Virus record (IMG/VR): IMGVR_UViG_2925939204_000001
Reading direction: 5' to 3' (one strand)
DNA from: a virus
Lineage: Duplodnaviria; Heunggongvirae; Uroviricota; Caudoviricetes
DNA length: 64,000 nucleotides
In this document: positions 8,286 through 17,941 of the stretch, piece by piece
Layout of the letters: the number at the start of each line of letters is the position of its first letter
Numbering within the stretch: position 1 is the stretch's first letter
The notes under the pieces: model-generated
Told to the model about the DNA's origin: nothing
Seen by the model: the letters and a program-made list of their open reading frames with translations, nothing else
Databases searched by the model: none
Translations under genes and position numbers: made by a program

Positions 8286-9314
8286 ATGAGTGAATTAATT
8301 ATCTCTGGCAGCTCCAGTGGTTTTCTGCGCAACATTGGCAAAGAGTACCAGGAGGCCGCAGAAAACTTTATGCGGTTCATGAATGACCAGGGGGCTTATG
8401 CGCCGAATACTCTGCGCGACCTCCGGTTGGTGTTTCATTCCTGGGCGCGCTGGTGTCACGCTCGCCAGCTTGCCTGGTTTCCGATCTCACCAGAAATGGC
8501 CCGCGAGTATTTTCTTCAGTTGCATGATGCCGATCTGGCTTCGACCACCATTGATAAGCACTATGCCATGCTTAACATGCTGCTTTCGCAATGTGGCCTC
8601 CCGCCGCTGTCGGACGATAAAAGTGTGTCTCTGGCCATGCGGCGCATCCGGCGCGAAGCGGCAACTGAAAAAGGCGAACGAACAGGCCAGGCTATACCGC
8701 TGCGGTGGGACGATCTGAAACTGCTCGACGTCCTGTTGTCCAGGTCAGAACGGCTGGTGGACCTGCGCAACCGGGCTTTTCTCTTTGTTGCATACAATAC
8801 CCTGTTGCGTATGGCTGAAATGTCCCGCGTGCGTGTTCGCGATCTGGAACAGACTGGTGACACTGTCACGCTACATATTTCACACACGAAGACAATAACG
8901 ACCGCCGCCGGGCTTGATAAGGTGCTTTCCCGTCGCACTACCGCTGTGCTGAATGACTGGCTGGATGTTTCCGGGCTTCGCGAACATCCTGACGCAGTGC
9001 TGTTCCCGCCGATACACCGTAGCAATAAGGCCAGGATCACGACAACGCCCCTTACTGCACCTGCAATGGAGAAAATATTCAGCGACGCCTGGGTGTTGCT
9101 GAATAAAAGAGATGCTACGCCAAACAAAGGAAGATACCGGACGTGGACCGGGCATAGTGCACGCGTCGGGGCCGCTATTGATATGGCTGAAAAGCAGGTG
9201 TCTATGGTGGAGATCATGCAGGAAGGAACCTGGAAGAAACCGGAAACACTTATGCGGTATCTTCGCCGTGGCGGCGTGTCTGTGGGGGCTAATAGCCGCC
9301 TGATGGATTCGTAA
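8286..9314 (+). CDS. dre: Dre tyrosine site-specific recombinase (Cre homologue)
   Basis: 342 aa, N-terminus MSELIISGSS...; Cre-family catalytic region with GHSARVGAA; adjacent rox site. Confidence 0.9.
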   Translation: MSELIISGSSSGFLRNIGKEYQEAAENFMRFMNDQGAYAPNTLRDLRLVFHSWARWCHARQLAWFPISPEMAREYFLQLHDADLASTTIDKHYAMLNMLLSQCGLPPLSDDKSVSLAMRRIRREAATEKGERTGQAIPLRWDDLKLLDVLLSRSERLVDLRNRAFLFVAYNTLLRMAEMSRVRVRDLEQTGDTVTLHISHTKTITTAAGLDKVLSRRTTAVLNDWLDVSGLREHPDAVLFPPIHRSNKARITTTPLTAPAMEKIFSDAWVLLNKRDATPNKGRYRTWTGHSARVGAAIDMAEKQVSMVEIMQEGTWKKPETLMRYLRRGGVSVGANSRLMDS

Positions 9315-9317
9315 ATT

Positions 9318-9331
9318 AAATTTCTAACACA
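9318..9331. promoter_or_regulatory. operator-like site AAATTTCTAACACA
   Basis: Copy of the recurring motif between dre and the next ORF. Confidence 0.4.
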
Positions 9332-9387
9332 TCTTTTTAGATTAACTCCTTTGATGTAAAGTACCCTCGCCTATTTAGGAGGGTGCT

Positions 9388-9732
9388 TTGCAGAGTCAAA
9401 TCACGGAATCAAGACGCTTCAAGGTGGATGGTTACACCGTAACCTTCGCCGCTGGTGTTAAGAACAGTCATGCTGTCGTTGTGTTCGGCATCATGACCGG
9501 GCTTGAGGCCGTTCCTGTGTTTACCCTCGAAAAAAACTGGCGAAATCTGGAGGAAGCAGAAAGCTACGTCCGGAAAGTAACCATCATTGCCGCCGAAAAA
9601 CTCCTGGCCCACTATCAGGAAAATTATCGCACTATGGTCGAGAAGATTAATCTCGCTTTCACTCGCCCCACTACCGGCTTTATTGCACCGGATACTAATG
9701 CAGGTCGATATCCGGCAAGGGGGCGTCGGTGA
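9388..9732 (+). CDS. hypothetical protein (114 aa)
   Basis: Complete ORF downstream of dre. Confidence 0.5.
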   Translation: MQSQITESRRFKVDGYTVTFAAGVKNSHAVVVFGIMTGLEAVPVFTLEKNWRNLEEAESYVRKVTIIAAEKLLAHYQENYRTMVEKINLAFTRPTTGFIAPDTNAGRYPARGRR

Positions 9733-10205
9733 AAACTTATTACACATCTCTGAATTGTTACCCGTCTTCCTATCCAGAATTATCAGGGAAGCTGTTAGCT
9801 CTATTAGCTAAAGCACCTACGGAATGGTTTAAGCCAGTCGTTATCAATCCACACTTCCTGGATTACGGATCTGTTCGCACTCGTAACGAACTCAAAAACC
9901 TACTGGCGCATGGATTCATTCGACACCGTGCCGGGAAAGGCTATCAGTTAGCGATTGCGCCAGAGGAGGCCGTGCGGCTATTCGCATATCGTGACAGCCA
10001 GACAAAAGCTCGGGTAATAGCTCAAATACTTCATAACGGCAGCACCTATGCCCGCCAGTTTGGCGGCGACACGTCGCAGTTCTTGCGGGCGGTGCGATCG
10101 CTGGAGGAGCAAGGAGTTATTGAAAGTTCCTGTCTTCCTGTTCCTACCGTTCCACATATCAAACGTCGGGTTTACACCTTCACGCAGAGAGCTAAAAAAC
10201 AATGA
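9729..10205 (+). CDS. hypothetical protein (158 aa)
   Basis: ORF overlapping upstream stop. Confidence 0.5.
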   Translation: MKTYYTSLNCYPSSYPELSGKLLALLAKAPTEWFKPVVINPHFLDYGSVRTRNELKNLLAHGFIRHRAGKGYQLAIAPEEAVRLFAYRDSQTKARVIAQILHNGSTYARQFGGDTSQFLRAVRSLEEQGVIESSCLPVPTVPHIKRRVYTFTQRAKKQ

Positions 10206-10696
10206 TTTACGTAAAAGTGAAACGCCTACATCCGGCAGCAAAACTTCCAGCTTATGCCACCTCCGGATCGGCGGCGATGGATTTTGAGGCTGTTGAAATA
10301 AAACCATGCGTCGATAGCAATGGTGCAATTTCCTCAAGCTGGTGGGTGTATACCGGACTGGCTATGGAGATCCCGCCCGGCTGGTGTCTGAAACTCTATC
10401 CGCGATCCGGATTGGGCTGCAAAAAACATACTCGCCTGGCTAACTGCGTAGGAATTATCGACTCCGATTATCGCGGCGAAATCATGGCAAAACTGATTAC
10501 TGATCCCGGCGGGGAAGGCGTTTGTCTCAAGCCTGGAATGGCTGTCATGCAAGGAATTTTTGAACGTGTTGAACAAGTCTCACTAGTCGAGGTTGAGGAA
10601 CTCAACGAAACGGAACGTGGTGCTGGTGGCTTTGGTAGCACATCGGAAGGCCACTTTGAAATTAAGCGTTCACCGCTTCAGTACGAAAAGTTATAA
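10202..10696 (+). CDS. dut: dUTP diphosphatase (dUTPase)
   Basis: Trimeric dUTPase motifs RSGLG, GIIDSDYRGE and a C-terminal RG.GGFGSTS-type motif. Confidence 0.85.
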   Translation: MIYVKVKRLHPAAKLPAYATSGSAAMDFEAVEIKPCVDSNGAISSSWWVYTGLAMEIPPGWCLKLYPRSGLGCKKHTRLANCVGIIDSDYRGEIMAKLITDPGGEGVCLKPGMAVMQGIFERVEQVSLVEVEELNETERGAGGFGSTSEGHFEIKRSPLQYEKL

Positions 10697-10710
10697 GCAG
10701 AGAAAAGACT

Positions 10711-11388
10711 ATGAATAACATGGCAACGAAAGAGCTTTTTAAGTTCCTTCCCAAATACAAAGCTCACAAAAACGTTAGTGCATCGAAAATCAAAAATGTT
10801 GTTATTTTCGGAGTAACTGATGCCCCACTTTGGGGCTGCATCGAACTCGTTGAACCAAAAGGGGCAACAGTTTGTGTTGACGCAATGTTTTTACAAAAAC
10901 ACCGACCAAAAACTGGCGGATATCTGATCGTTTATGAAAACGGTTATCTGTTCTATGCCCCGGAGAAACCATTTGAGGAACGCTATGGCCTGGTTAACGA
11001 CGCCTCCAAAAATGGAACCACGGTCATCATTACGGATGACAACGGCGTGATGATTAATCTTACCGGGAGCGTAACTATTTCTGCTGGTGGCATCACCACC
11101 CAGCAAGAAGAAATCGACCTTGAAGCAGCCGACTTTTCTGACGCGCTGATGTGGCTGAAGGATGGCAAGAAAGTTGCTCGACGCGGGTGGAACGGCGAAA
11201 ACCAATTCTGCTGGCTGGTTCCTGAAGGACAGTACCCGGCACGAATGGAAGCCATTAAGGGATATTTCCCCGGCGACCTCGTTCCGTATGGTGCTTATTT
11301 CGCCTTAAAAAATGCACAAGGTGTAGTTGTTCAGTGGGTTCCTTCTGTAGGCGACTTACTGGCATGTGACTGGTTTGTAGTGGAGTGA
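10711..11388 (+). CDS. DUF2829-like phage protein
   Basis: C-terminal segment ALMWLKDGKKVARRGWNG...CDWFVVE resembles the DUF2829 fold as I recall it. Confidence 0.45.
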   Translation: MNNMATKELFKFLPKYKAHKNVSASKIKNVVIFGVTDAPLWGCIELVEPKGATVCVDAMFLQKHRPKTGGYLIVYENGYLFYAPEKPFEERYGLVNDASKNGTTVIITDDNGVMINLTGSVTISAGGITTQQEEIDLEAADFSDALMWLKDGKKVARRGWNGENQFCWLVPEGQYPARMEAIKGYFPGDLVPYGAYFALKNAQGVVVQWVPSVGDLLACDWFVVE

Positions 11389-11394
11389 TTTAAC

Positions 11395-12195
11395 GTGGAA
11401 AATACTAAAACAATTCAATACCGCTTGCGTAATGGCCTGCTGGTGGCTGTTAACGCCGACATGTCACTGCCGTTTGACACGATTGAACGTACTATCATGA
11501 CGTATCTCGGCTTTAATGAAGAGCTGAATGAAGAGCATGGCGTAGCTATATGGAGTGATGCAGAAAGCGGCGTTCATCGTTACATCACCGCCAGGGGTAA
11601 AGACTACTCTCTGGAAGAACTGTTTACCCTTGCACAGTCTTTCGAATGTGTAGCATTAGACATGTTTAATGATCCTGCTATAGCGCAACGACTTATACGC
11701 GAGCTTGGGCTATCCGTTACACCAATTATCTTTAAGAATGGCAGCCTGACTGGCACATGGCGCGTAGAACGCATCTCAAACTACCTTCCATATAACCGAC
11801 AGTTAAATGGAGTAATCTCCGGCGTTAATCAGCCCGTAGCGTGTGAAAATGTAAACCTGGTTGCCGCTGTTTTGGCAACCGCATGTCGTGTTATCGGTTT
11901 GGCTAAACAGGCTTTTATTCATTTCCCAAATGGTGCAGAAGGTAGCGCAGAGATTATCGCGTGTGATTTCGAATTTACCTGGATGCTACGCGAATATCTG
12001 GACCAAACAGTGTTCCGCGCCGAAGAACTGGATATGTATATCACGTCAACGATTCCTGATGATGTGCGTGCTGAAGCAATCGCCACAGCAAGGGCCAAAT
12101 GCCGTGCGGCGATTGCAGAGCAGGCCAAAGAAGAACCGTCCGATGAAGCCGTGGCTGATGTTGAAGCAGAGGTAGCGGAGGATGCTGACGCCTAA
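11395..12195 (+). CDS. hypothetical protein with acidic C-terminus (266 aa)
   Basis: Complete ORF; C-terminal Glu/Asp/Ala-rich tail. Confidence 0.5.
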   Translation: MENTKTIQYRLRNGLLVAVNADMSLPFDTIERTIMTYLGFNEELNEEHGVAIWSDAESGVHRYITARGKDYSLEELFTLAQSFECVALDMFNDPAIAQRLIRELGLSVTPIIFKNGSLTGTWRVERISNYLPYNRQLNGVISGVNQPVACENVNLVAAVLATACRVIGLAKQAFIHFPNGAEGSAEIIACDFEFTWMLREYLDQTVFRAEELDMYITSTIPDDVRAEAIATARAKCRAAIAEQAKEEPSDEAVADVEAEVAEDADA

Positions 12196-12249
12196 AAACA
12201 TCACCGAATTAGCTGGCTGACAGCAGAAAAAATCATTGAGTGATAGTAG

Positions 12250-12280
12250 GAAGCCCGCCTGGTTGAGCGGGCTTCTTTTC
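12250..12280. terminator. bidirectional terminator hairpin between 11395..12195 and doc
   Basis: GAAGCCCGC-CTGGTTGA-GCGGGCTTC stem-loop followed by TTTTC. Confidence 0.55.
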
Positions 12281-12659
12281 AAATATTGGAACCAAATAAT
12301 TCACGTAGTTTTTCCGCTACTGAAGATACGGGGATTTCACCAGTTGCGGCCCCCACCGCAAGTTCCACCAGCACGGGAGAATCATATACCTGTATGCCGT
12401 TACGGCGTAGAAATAGCAGCGCACTGTTTAGCGCGGTACGCTTATTGGCATCATTGAATATATGCCCTCTCGCCGTAGCTACCAGGTAGGTGGCGGAGAC
12501 TTCGAAAAGGTCGGTGATCTCTTCGTAGGCAACTCTGGCCTGAACTCTCCCGATAATGGCCTCTGCCCTACCCGGATCAGACATTCCCGGCAGGCCGCCG
12601 TAGCGGTTTATATTCGCATCATGAAGCGCAATAAGTTCTTCTGGTGATATATGCCTCAT
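12279..12659 (-). CDS. doc: Doc toxin (Fic-fold kinase of the phd-doc addiction module)
   Basis: 126 aa; [17 protein letters not shown]...[13 protein letters not shown] matches P1 Doc as I recall it. Confidence 0.9.
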
Positions 12660-12880
12660 TATCGGTTAACCAGTTCCTTGTTGGTGGAGTCCAGGGTGTC
12701 AAACAGGGATGCAAATTCAGCATCCAGCGCCGCTTTTTTGTAGGCTTCAAAAGTAGCCTTGCTGACAATTACTGCTGGCTCTCGGCCTCTGCGGGTGATT
12801 TCAACCTCTTCCCCGGCTTCAACATTGTTGAGCACTTCAGAAAGGTTGCCGCGCGCGGTACGGAAGTTAATGGATTGCAT
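12659..12880 (-). CDS. phd: Phd antitoxin
   Basis: [39 protein letters not shown]; start overlaps doc; real start taken at the internal Met. Confidence 0.9.
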   Translation of the reverse strand: MQSINFRTARGNLSEVLNNVEAGEEVEITRRGREPAVIVSKATFEAYKKAALDAEFASLFDTLDSTNKELVNR

Positions 12881-12952
12881 AAACACCTCATGTACTCGTT
12901 ATGTGTACACAACTATAAACTTCACAGGTATAAAGCACCAGCACTTTGCAGC

Positions 12953-13342
12953 TTAAATCACCGGACAATCATCAAATTCCCCACTTCGGGCATCATTGAT
13001 GGCATGAGTGATCACACCAAAAACAGCATTACTGCCCGTGTATCCATCGTCATCTACTGGTAACGCCTCTTTCTTCCCGGTGCTTAAGTCCTCCAGGTGC
13101 TGGCGCGGATACTTCCTGTATCTCTTTATGCGATATTCACCCTCCATAGCGCACACAAGCAGAGAACCATCAACCGGAGTAAGCGAGGAATCAACCACCA
13201 GCAAAGCACCCTGCAATATTCCCTCACGGTGATGGCTGTCTGCCGCCCGCATGAAGTAGGTCGCTGATGGATGCCTGATTAGTTGCTGATCAAGAGAAAT
13301 TCGGCTTTCAACATAATCCGCCGCAGGAGAAGGGAAGCCCAT
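12953..13342 (-). CDS. humD: HumD, UmuD'-like translesion synthesis accessory protein
   Basis: GFPSPAADYVE.RI.L.Q.LI.HPSATYF matches the UmuD core; lacks the UmuD N-terminal extension. Confidence 0.88.
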   Translation of the reverse strand: MGFPSPAADYVESRISLDQQLIRHPSATYFMRAADSHHREGILQGALLVVDSSLTPVDGSLLVCAMEGEYRIKRYRKYPRQHLEDLSTGKKEALPVDDDGYTGSNAVFGVITHAINDARSGEFDDCPVI

Positions 13343-13362
13343 AGCGTTTTACCTCAATGATA

Positions 13363-13378
13363 CTGTTTATTCATACAG
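13363..13378. promoter_or_regulatory. LexA box (SOS operator) upstream of humD
   Basis: CTGT-ttattcat-ACAG matches CTGT-N8-ACAG; 21 nt upstream of the humD start codon. Confidence 0.6.
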
Positions 13379-13379
13379 T

Positions 13380-15300
13380 GTGCGCCGGGAGACCGGTAGA
13401 GATCAAGGGGTGAAAGTCCCCGACCATTGAAGGACCAGCAATCCACAAGGTCCCCGAGTCATGCGTTGCATACCGCGAGGTATGGGGCGAAGCGTTGACA
13501 GGGGTGTTGACAGGCCAGCCATTGAGCCACGAAATGTATATTAAATTACCGGGTGCCGACGTTGTACTGTTAACGGAAGGCAACATCATAGGGTGCGATA
13601 CTGCGAGTGCCACATGGACCCGGCGGGGTCTGAGACCCTGGCATGTCAATACGATCTCTACGCGGGAACCGGGAGATCTCCCCTCTGACCATCTGCCAGT
13701 GTCGGAGATGGCCCGCACCGGGAAGACGAGGAGTCATAGCCGGTGATGTACGGAGAGGAGAAGTCGGACTCGCTCATAGTAGCGGCGAAGCAGGCGAACA
13801 ACCCGAAAGGAGCGGAGTCAGTGGAGCGAAGGAGCGGGGCCAAGGGGAACGCGGAACAGCCACACATGCGCCGGACACAGAGCCGGGAAAGCATGTCACA
13901 GAGGCTGTCACGCGTGCGGGAAGCTGCGAAGCAGCAGAAGAAAGAACGGTTTACAGCATTGTTCCACCTGCTGACAGTCGAAGCACTGGAAGCCGCATTC
14001 CTCTCCCTGAGCAGGAAAGCGGCCGCGGGAGTGGATGGCATCAGGTGGATGGACTACGCCGGAAACATGAAGAACAACATAACAGATCTGCACCGGAGGC
14101 TACATCAGGGCAGCTACAGGGCGCAGCCCGGCAGGCGTCACTACATCCCAAAAGCGGATGGAAAACAACGCCCGCTCGGCATCGCCTCGCTGGAGGACAA
14201 GATCGTCCAGTATGCGCTGGTGAAAATCCTGAACGCAGTCTATGAAAACGACTTTATGGGGTTCTCATACGGGTTCAGACCCGGGCGAAACCAGCACGAT
14301 GCACTGGACGCACTGGCCACAGGGCTGGTACGCACTAACGTAAACTGGGTACTGGATGCCGACATCAGTCAGTTCTTCGACAGGGTGAGCCACGAATGGC
14401 TGATCAGGTTCACAGAGCATCGGATCGGCGACCGGAGGGTAATCAGGCTCATACGTAAGTGGCTCACAGCCGGGACGTCGGAGGAGGGTCAATGGCGAGC
14501 AACGGAGGAAGGCACCCCACAGGGTGCGGTCATCTCACCGCTGCTGGCAAACATATACCTCCACTACGTCTTCGATCTGTGGGCGCATCAGTGGCGACGT
14601 CGCTATGCCACAGGCAATGTGGTAATGGTCAGATACGCCGATGACATCGTCATCGGGTTCGACAAACGATACGATGCCCGGCGCTTCCGTATAGCCATGC
14701 AGCGCAGACTGAGGGAGTTCGGACTCACGGTTCACCCGGAGAAAACCCGTCTGATGGAGTTCGGCCGCTTCGCTGCCGAAAACCGTGCCATCAGGGGAAA
14801 AGGCAAACCAGAAACGTTCAACTTCCTCGGGTTCACGCACATCAGCGGGAAAGATCGCAACGGCAGGTTCATGCTGATACGAAAGACCCGCCGGGATCGG
14901 ATGACGGCAACTCTGAAAGCCATCAAAGACGGTCTGCGAAGGCGCTGGCATTACTCAATCCCCGAACAGGGAAAATGGCTCAGGAGAGTGGTTCAGGGAT
15001 ACCTGAACTATCACTCGGTACCGGGCAACTTCCCCACCATGCAGAAGTTCAGGACACACGTAACAAACCTCTGGCGCCGGGCGCTCAGGCGCAGGAGCCA
15101 GAAGGATGATACGACCTGGACGAAAGCAAACAAACTGGCAGCCGCATGGCTACCAAGGGTTCGGGTTCTTCATCCATGGCCTGTGGAGCGGTTCACCGCC
15201 AGACACCCGAGGCAGGAGCCCGGTGCGTAAATCGCGCACGCCGGGATCTGTGCGGGGGGTATCCGGTAACGGGTATCCCTACCGCGACATACATTGAAAA
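13380..15300 (+). mobile_element. group II intron (bacterial, ORF in domain IV); 3' boundary approximate
   Basis: 5' end GTGCGCC; internal RT/maturase ORF; 34-nt domain V-like hairpin with GUAA tetraloop and 2-nt bulge at 15252-15285 after the ORF. Confidence 0.7.
13743..15230 (+). CDS. group II intron-encoded reverse transcriptase/maturase
   Basis: RT motifs including GTPQGAVISPLLANIYL and YADD; C-terminal maturase region; no Cys-rich HNH endonuclease domain visible. Confidence 0.9.
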   Translation: MMYGEEKSDSLIVAAKQANNPKGAESVERRSGAKGNAEQPHMRRTQSRESMSQRLSRVREAAKQQKKERFTALFHLLTVEALEAAFLSLSRKAAAGVDGIRWMDYAGNMKNNITDLHRRLHQGSYRAQPGRRHYIPKADGKQRPLGIASLEDKIVQYALVKILNAVYENDFMGFSYGFRPGRNQHDALDALATGLVRTNVNWVLDADISQFFDRVSHEWLIRFTEHRIGDRRVIRLIRKWLTAGTSEEGQWRATEEGTPQGAVISPLLANIYLHYVFDLWAHQWRRRYATGNVVMVRYADDIVIGFDKRYDARRFRIAMQRRLREFGLTVHPEKTRLMEFGRFAAENRAIRGKGKPETFNFLGFTHISGKDRNGRFMLIRKTRRDRMTATLKAIKDGLRRRWHYSIPEQGKWLRRVVQGYLNYHSVPGNFPTMQKFRTHVTNLWRRALRRRSQKDDTTWTKANKLAAAWLPRVRVLHPWPVERFTARHPRQEPGA

Positions 15301-15374
15301 GGCATAGTTTGTGAAAGCGGGGTTTGTAGGCGCGCCACGCTGGGGGCTAATCACATTTCTCCCCCATCTTGCCG

Positions 15375-15647
15375 TTATTTTTTTGGTGCATCCTCGTTCT
15401 GATACACCGGATCGCTCCCTTTTGGCAACTGGAGGCTTAACTGCCGATAGTGCCGTAACCGTTCCATGAAATAGGTGCGCAGATTCTCTGGTTGCTCGCG
15501 GGCTACCTGTTCAGCTATGACAGGTATGTTCAATCGCTCTTTGTACGCCACACCGCTGGCAGCCAGATCAACGTTAACCTTATCCCGTTCTTCCTGACTT
15601 TTAGCTGCAATATTCCAATCGTGCATATCAAATCCCATCCAGAACAA
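15375..15647 (-). CDS. hot: Hot, homologue of DNA polymerase III theta subunit (HolE)
   Basis: [33 protein letters not shown] aligns with the HolE core. Confidence 0.8.
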   Translation of the reverse strand: MFWMGFDMHDWNIAAKSQEERDKVNVDLAASGVAYKERLNIPVIAEQVAREQPENLRTYFMERLRHYRQLSLQLPKGSDPVYQNEDAPKK

Positions 15648-16075
15648 TTGCGTAACGACTATTATTTAACCAGCAAAGTAACTTTTAATTTTTTTTCTTT
15701 TCCCATTGATTTTTGTGCACAGCTTATCTGCCTTGCCGTGCGCAGAATCAACTTTTTTCTTCCTGATTTATCCACAAAGTTATGCACTTGCAAGAGGGCC
15801 ATTTTCTAAATATTGTGATGTTTCACAAATGAAATGAATTTTGATTAATGAAGATAAGGAGAAAATTTGAGATGCAATCATGACGTTAATAGATAGGGTC
15901 TGCATTACAGACCCCATCCGCATCAAGGAATTAGCCGTTCCCTGATGTTGTTCCGAAAACATGTGCCGTAAGCTCACGTTAACGACTTTCTTTCACCGAA
16001 TCCAACTATATAGGGGTTGGGTTTCTACGTCAACGTGAGCAAGTGCTCCTTTACATTTGACAAGGAACCACCTTA

Positions 16076-16213
16076 ATGACTGCTTTTTTTCAGTTCCTGA
16101 GTGCATTTTTAGATGCGCCTGTTATTAGCCAGATTCTGGCGATCATCCTCATCATCGTTTTGATTTTGCTTTTAAGGTCAGTAAAAAATGGAATTATGCA
16201 CTGGCTTACTTAA
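16076..16213 (+). CDS. small hydrophobic peptide (45 aa, MTAFFQFLSAFLDAPVISQILAIILIIVLILLL...)
   Basis: Short ORF in the gap between hot and the pmg operon; one TM helix; weak RBS; below the ORF-track cutoff. Confidence 0.25.
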   Translation: MTAFFQFLSAFLDAPVISQILAIILIIVLILLLRSVKNGIMHWLT

Positions 16214-16287
16214 TGTTCAGTGAAACATTAAAATCTCCTTGATGTGGAAACAATCATTTTCTGTATGTGCTGGTGGGTACCTGTAGT

Positions 16288-16650
16288 TCAGCTTTCGTTG
16301 GCATTTAACTTCGTCTTTGCTTTCTCCACCAGCAACTTCCAGATGCCTATTTCATTAGCAGCCGCCTTGATGGCGGCATAAAAAGCATCTTGCTGATCGT
16401 AACGCTGAATCTGTTTTTTCAGTTTTGCCTCCACCAATTTAATTTCATTACGTGCTTTCTGAAGCCGCAGCGCCGCCCGGTTACGTCTGTTCTTGTATAG
16501 CGCGTTAATCTCTGATAATTGCTTTAATTTACCAGCCTGACTGCGGATTATCGCCTCTCTGACTTCTGCCGTGCGTCTCATCTGATCTCTTAAGAGTTCA
16601 CCGTTTTCGATAATTCTTTCAAGGTGTTTGATGTGATCTGCAACTCTCAT
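16288..16650 (-). CDS. hypothetical coiled-coil protein (120 aa)
   Basis: Last gene of the leftward operon; start overlaps upstream stop. Confidence 0.5.
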   Translation of the reverse strand: MRVADHIKHLERIIENGELLRDQMRRTAEVREAIIRSQAGKLKQLSEINALYKNRRNRAALRLQKARNEIKLVEAKLKKQIQRYDQQDAFYAAIKAAANEIGIWKLLVEKAKTKLNANES

Positions 16651-17579
16651 ACTTCACCCTCGCTTGTATCGCCAGCATCCACCAGCGGCAATAAAGCCCT
16701 GGCCATCTTATGAACCAATAGTGCATCAATAATGCCAAGCGTATGCCCCGGCTTAATGTTTAATGCCGCCTCAAGGTGACACCTTTCCAGGCCACTTTTC
16801 TCGGCTTGTTTATGATGATCTGGTGTAATAACGTCGCCCAAAACACGGCTAATTCTTTCTCGTAATTGCTGGGTGCCAGCACACTTGATCGCTGTATCGT
16901 GGAGACGGTTAACCAGTTCGCGATAAACATGCGGCTTAATTCGGATACGTTCACCGGTGACGCCCTTTCCTGGTGCTGGCACCGAACTATCCGGAATATC
17001 CGGATAGTTGCCAGCCTCGTAAGCTACCCGCAGCCAGTGCATGAATGTTTCAGTGGACACACAACCACAGTCCACATCGATTTTCCCGCGTTGCTGTTCC
17101 AGCCATTGCCCAAAATCCAACCTGTAAGTCTTACTTTCAAGTTCATCACCATTGAACTCGACTTTCTGCGACGCTATGAGAGCTGATTCGTATTGTTCGC
17201 GAGTGACAACTGACTGGTATTCATCGCTATCAAGGTCACCAATTGGAAGCTCAATCTCACAACAAAAATTGCGCCCAAAGAAAGTGTCTTTTTTGTGGTC
17301 TGAGCCAAAAGCAAAAGTCGCGCATGGTGCCATTAAATTGACACTGGGTAGGTAACAATAACTCATTCCATCAGGCCACCCGCCGCACTTAGGCAGTTCC
17401 TTCACTAACAAGTCGATAAACTTCATTTTTTTATCATCTTTGCAAGCCGCCAAAGCCATTTGGGCAAGTGCCAATACTTCATCTGCCGTATATCCAGCAC
17501 CGTGACCATACATTTCGATACGGGAAATAATCTCTGATATGCGCTCTTCAGTGATTCTGGTCATTTCTTTTTGCGCCAT
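16647..17579 (-). CDS. hypothetical protein (310 aa); segment PHVYRELVNRLHD...QQLRERISRVLG resembles the C-terminus of 28390..29001
   Basis: Complete ORF, translationally coupled; internal paralogous segment. Confidence 0.55.
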   Translation of the reverse strand: MAQKEMTRITEERISEIISRIEMYGHGAGYTADEVLALAQMALAACKDDKKMKFIDLLVKELPKCGGWPDGMSYCYLPSVNLMAPCATFAFGSDHKKDTFFGRNFCCEIELPIGDLDSDEYQSVVTREQYESALIASQKVEFNGDELESKTYRLDFGQWLEQQRGKIDVDCGCVSTETFMHWLRVAYEAGNYPDIPDSSVPAPGKGVTGERIRIKPHVYRELVNRLHDTAIKCAGTQQLRERISRVLGDVITPDHHKQAEKSGLERCHLEAALNIKPGHTLGIIDALLVHKMARALLPLVDAGDTSEGEV

Positions 17580-17935
17580 TTCTTTTCACATTCCTTAGTC
17601 CATTCTTCAATGTTCATTTTGGCAATATCAGTCATTCCATCACCTAAGAAATACTTTTTCCGGTATGTCTTGCACTTAAACCACACTACAACAGCCACCA
17701 GCCAGAAAATAAAAGGCCATACAGCAATACCAACGACAGCCGCGATAAAGCCCAATAGCCATAAATGAAGCTCTCCAACTTCTGTTTCCGGCAATATTCT
17801 TAAAGAATTAAACAGCAGGATGAACGAATGGTCGTATGCATTGGCAGTATAAGACATGCAATCCATATAATTAAAGTCATAGCCTGCGGCTGCCGCCCAT
17901 AATGGGCGGTCAAGAAAATGTTTTAGTGTCATCAT
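17561..17935 (-). CDS. small membrane protein (124 aa)
   Basis: Two hydrophobic helices (LWLLGFIAAVVGIAVWPFIFWLVAVVVWF). Confidence 0.5.
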   Translation of the reverse strand: MMTLKHFLDRPLWAAAAGYDFNYMDCMSYTANAYDHSFILLFNSLRILPETEVGELHLWLLGFIAAVVGIAVWPFIFWLVAVVVWFKCKTYRKKYFLGDGMTDIAKMNIEEWTKECEKKWRKKK

Positions 17936-17941
17936 ATAAAT

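Noticed and set aside
8561-9217. 218-aa antisense ORF within dre
   Set aside because: Embedded antisense to a confidently identified recombinase; low-complexity Ser/Arg-rich translation.
13743-15230. Reading the RT ORF as a retron or a DGR reverse transcriptase
   Set aside because: The 5' GTGCG start, the ORF location within the element and the domain V-like hairpin after the ORF fit a group II intron; no retron msr/msd-like repeats or DGR template/variable repeats were seen nearby.
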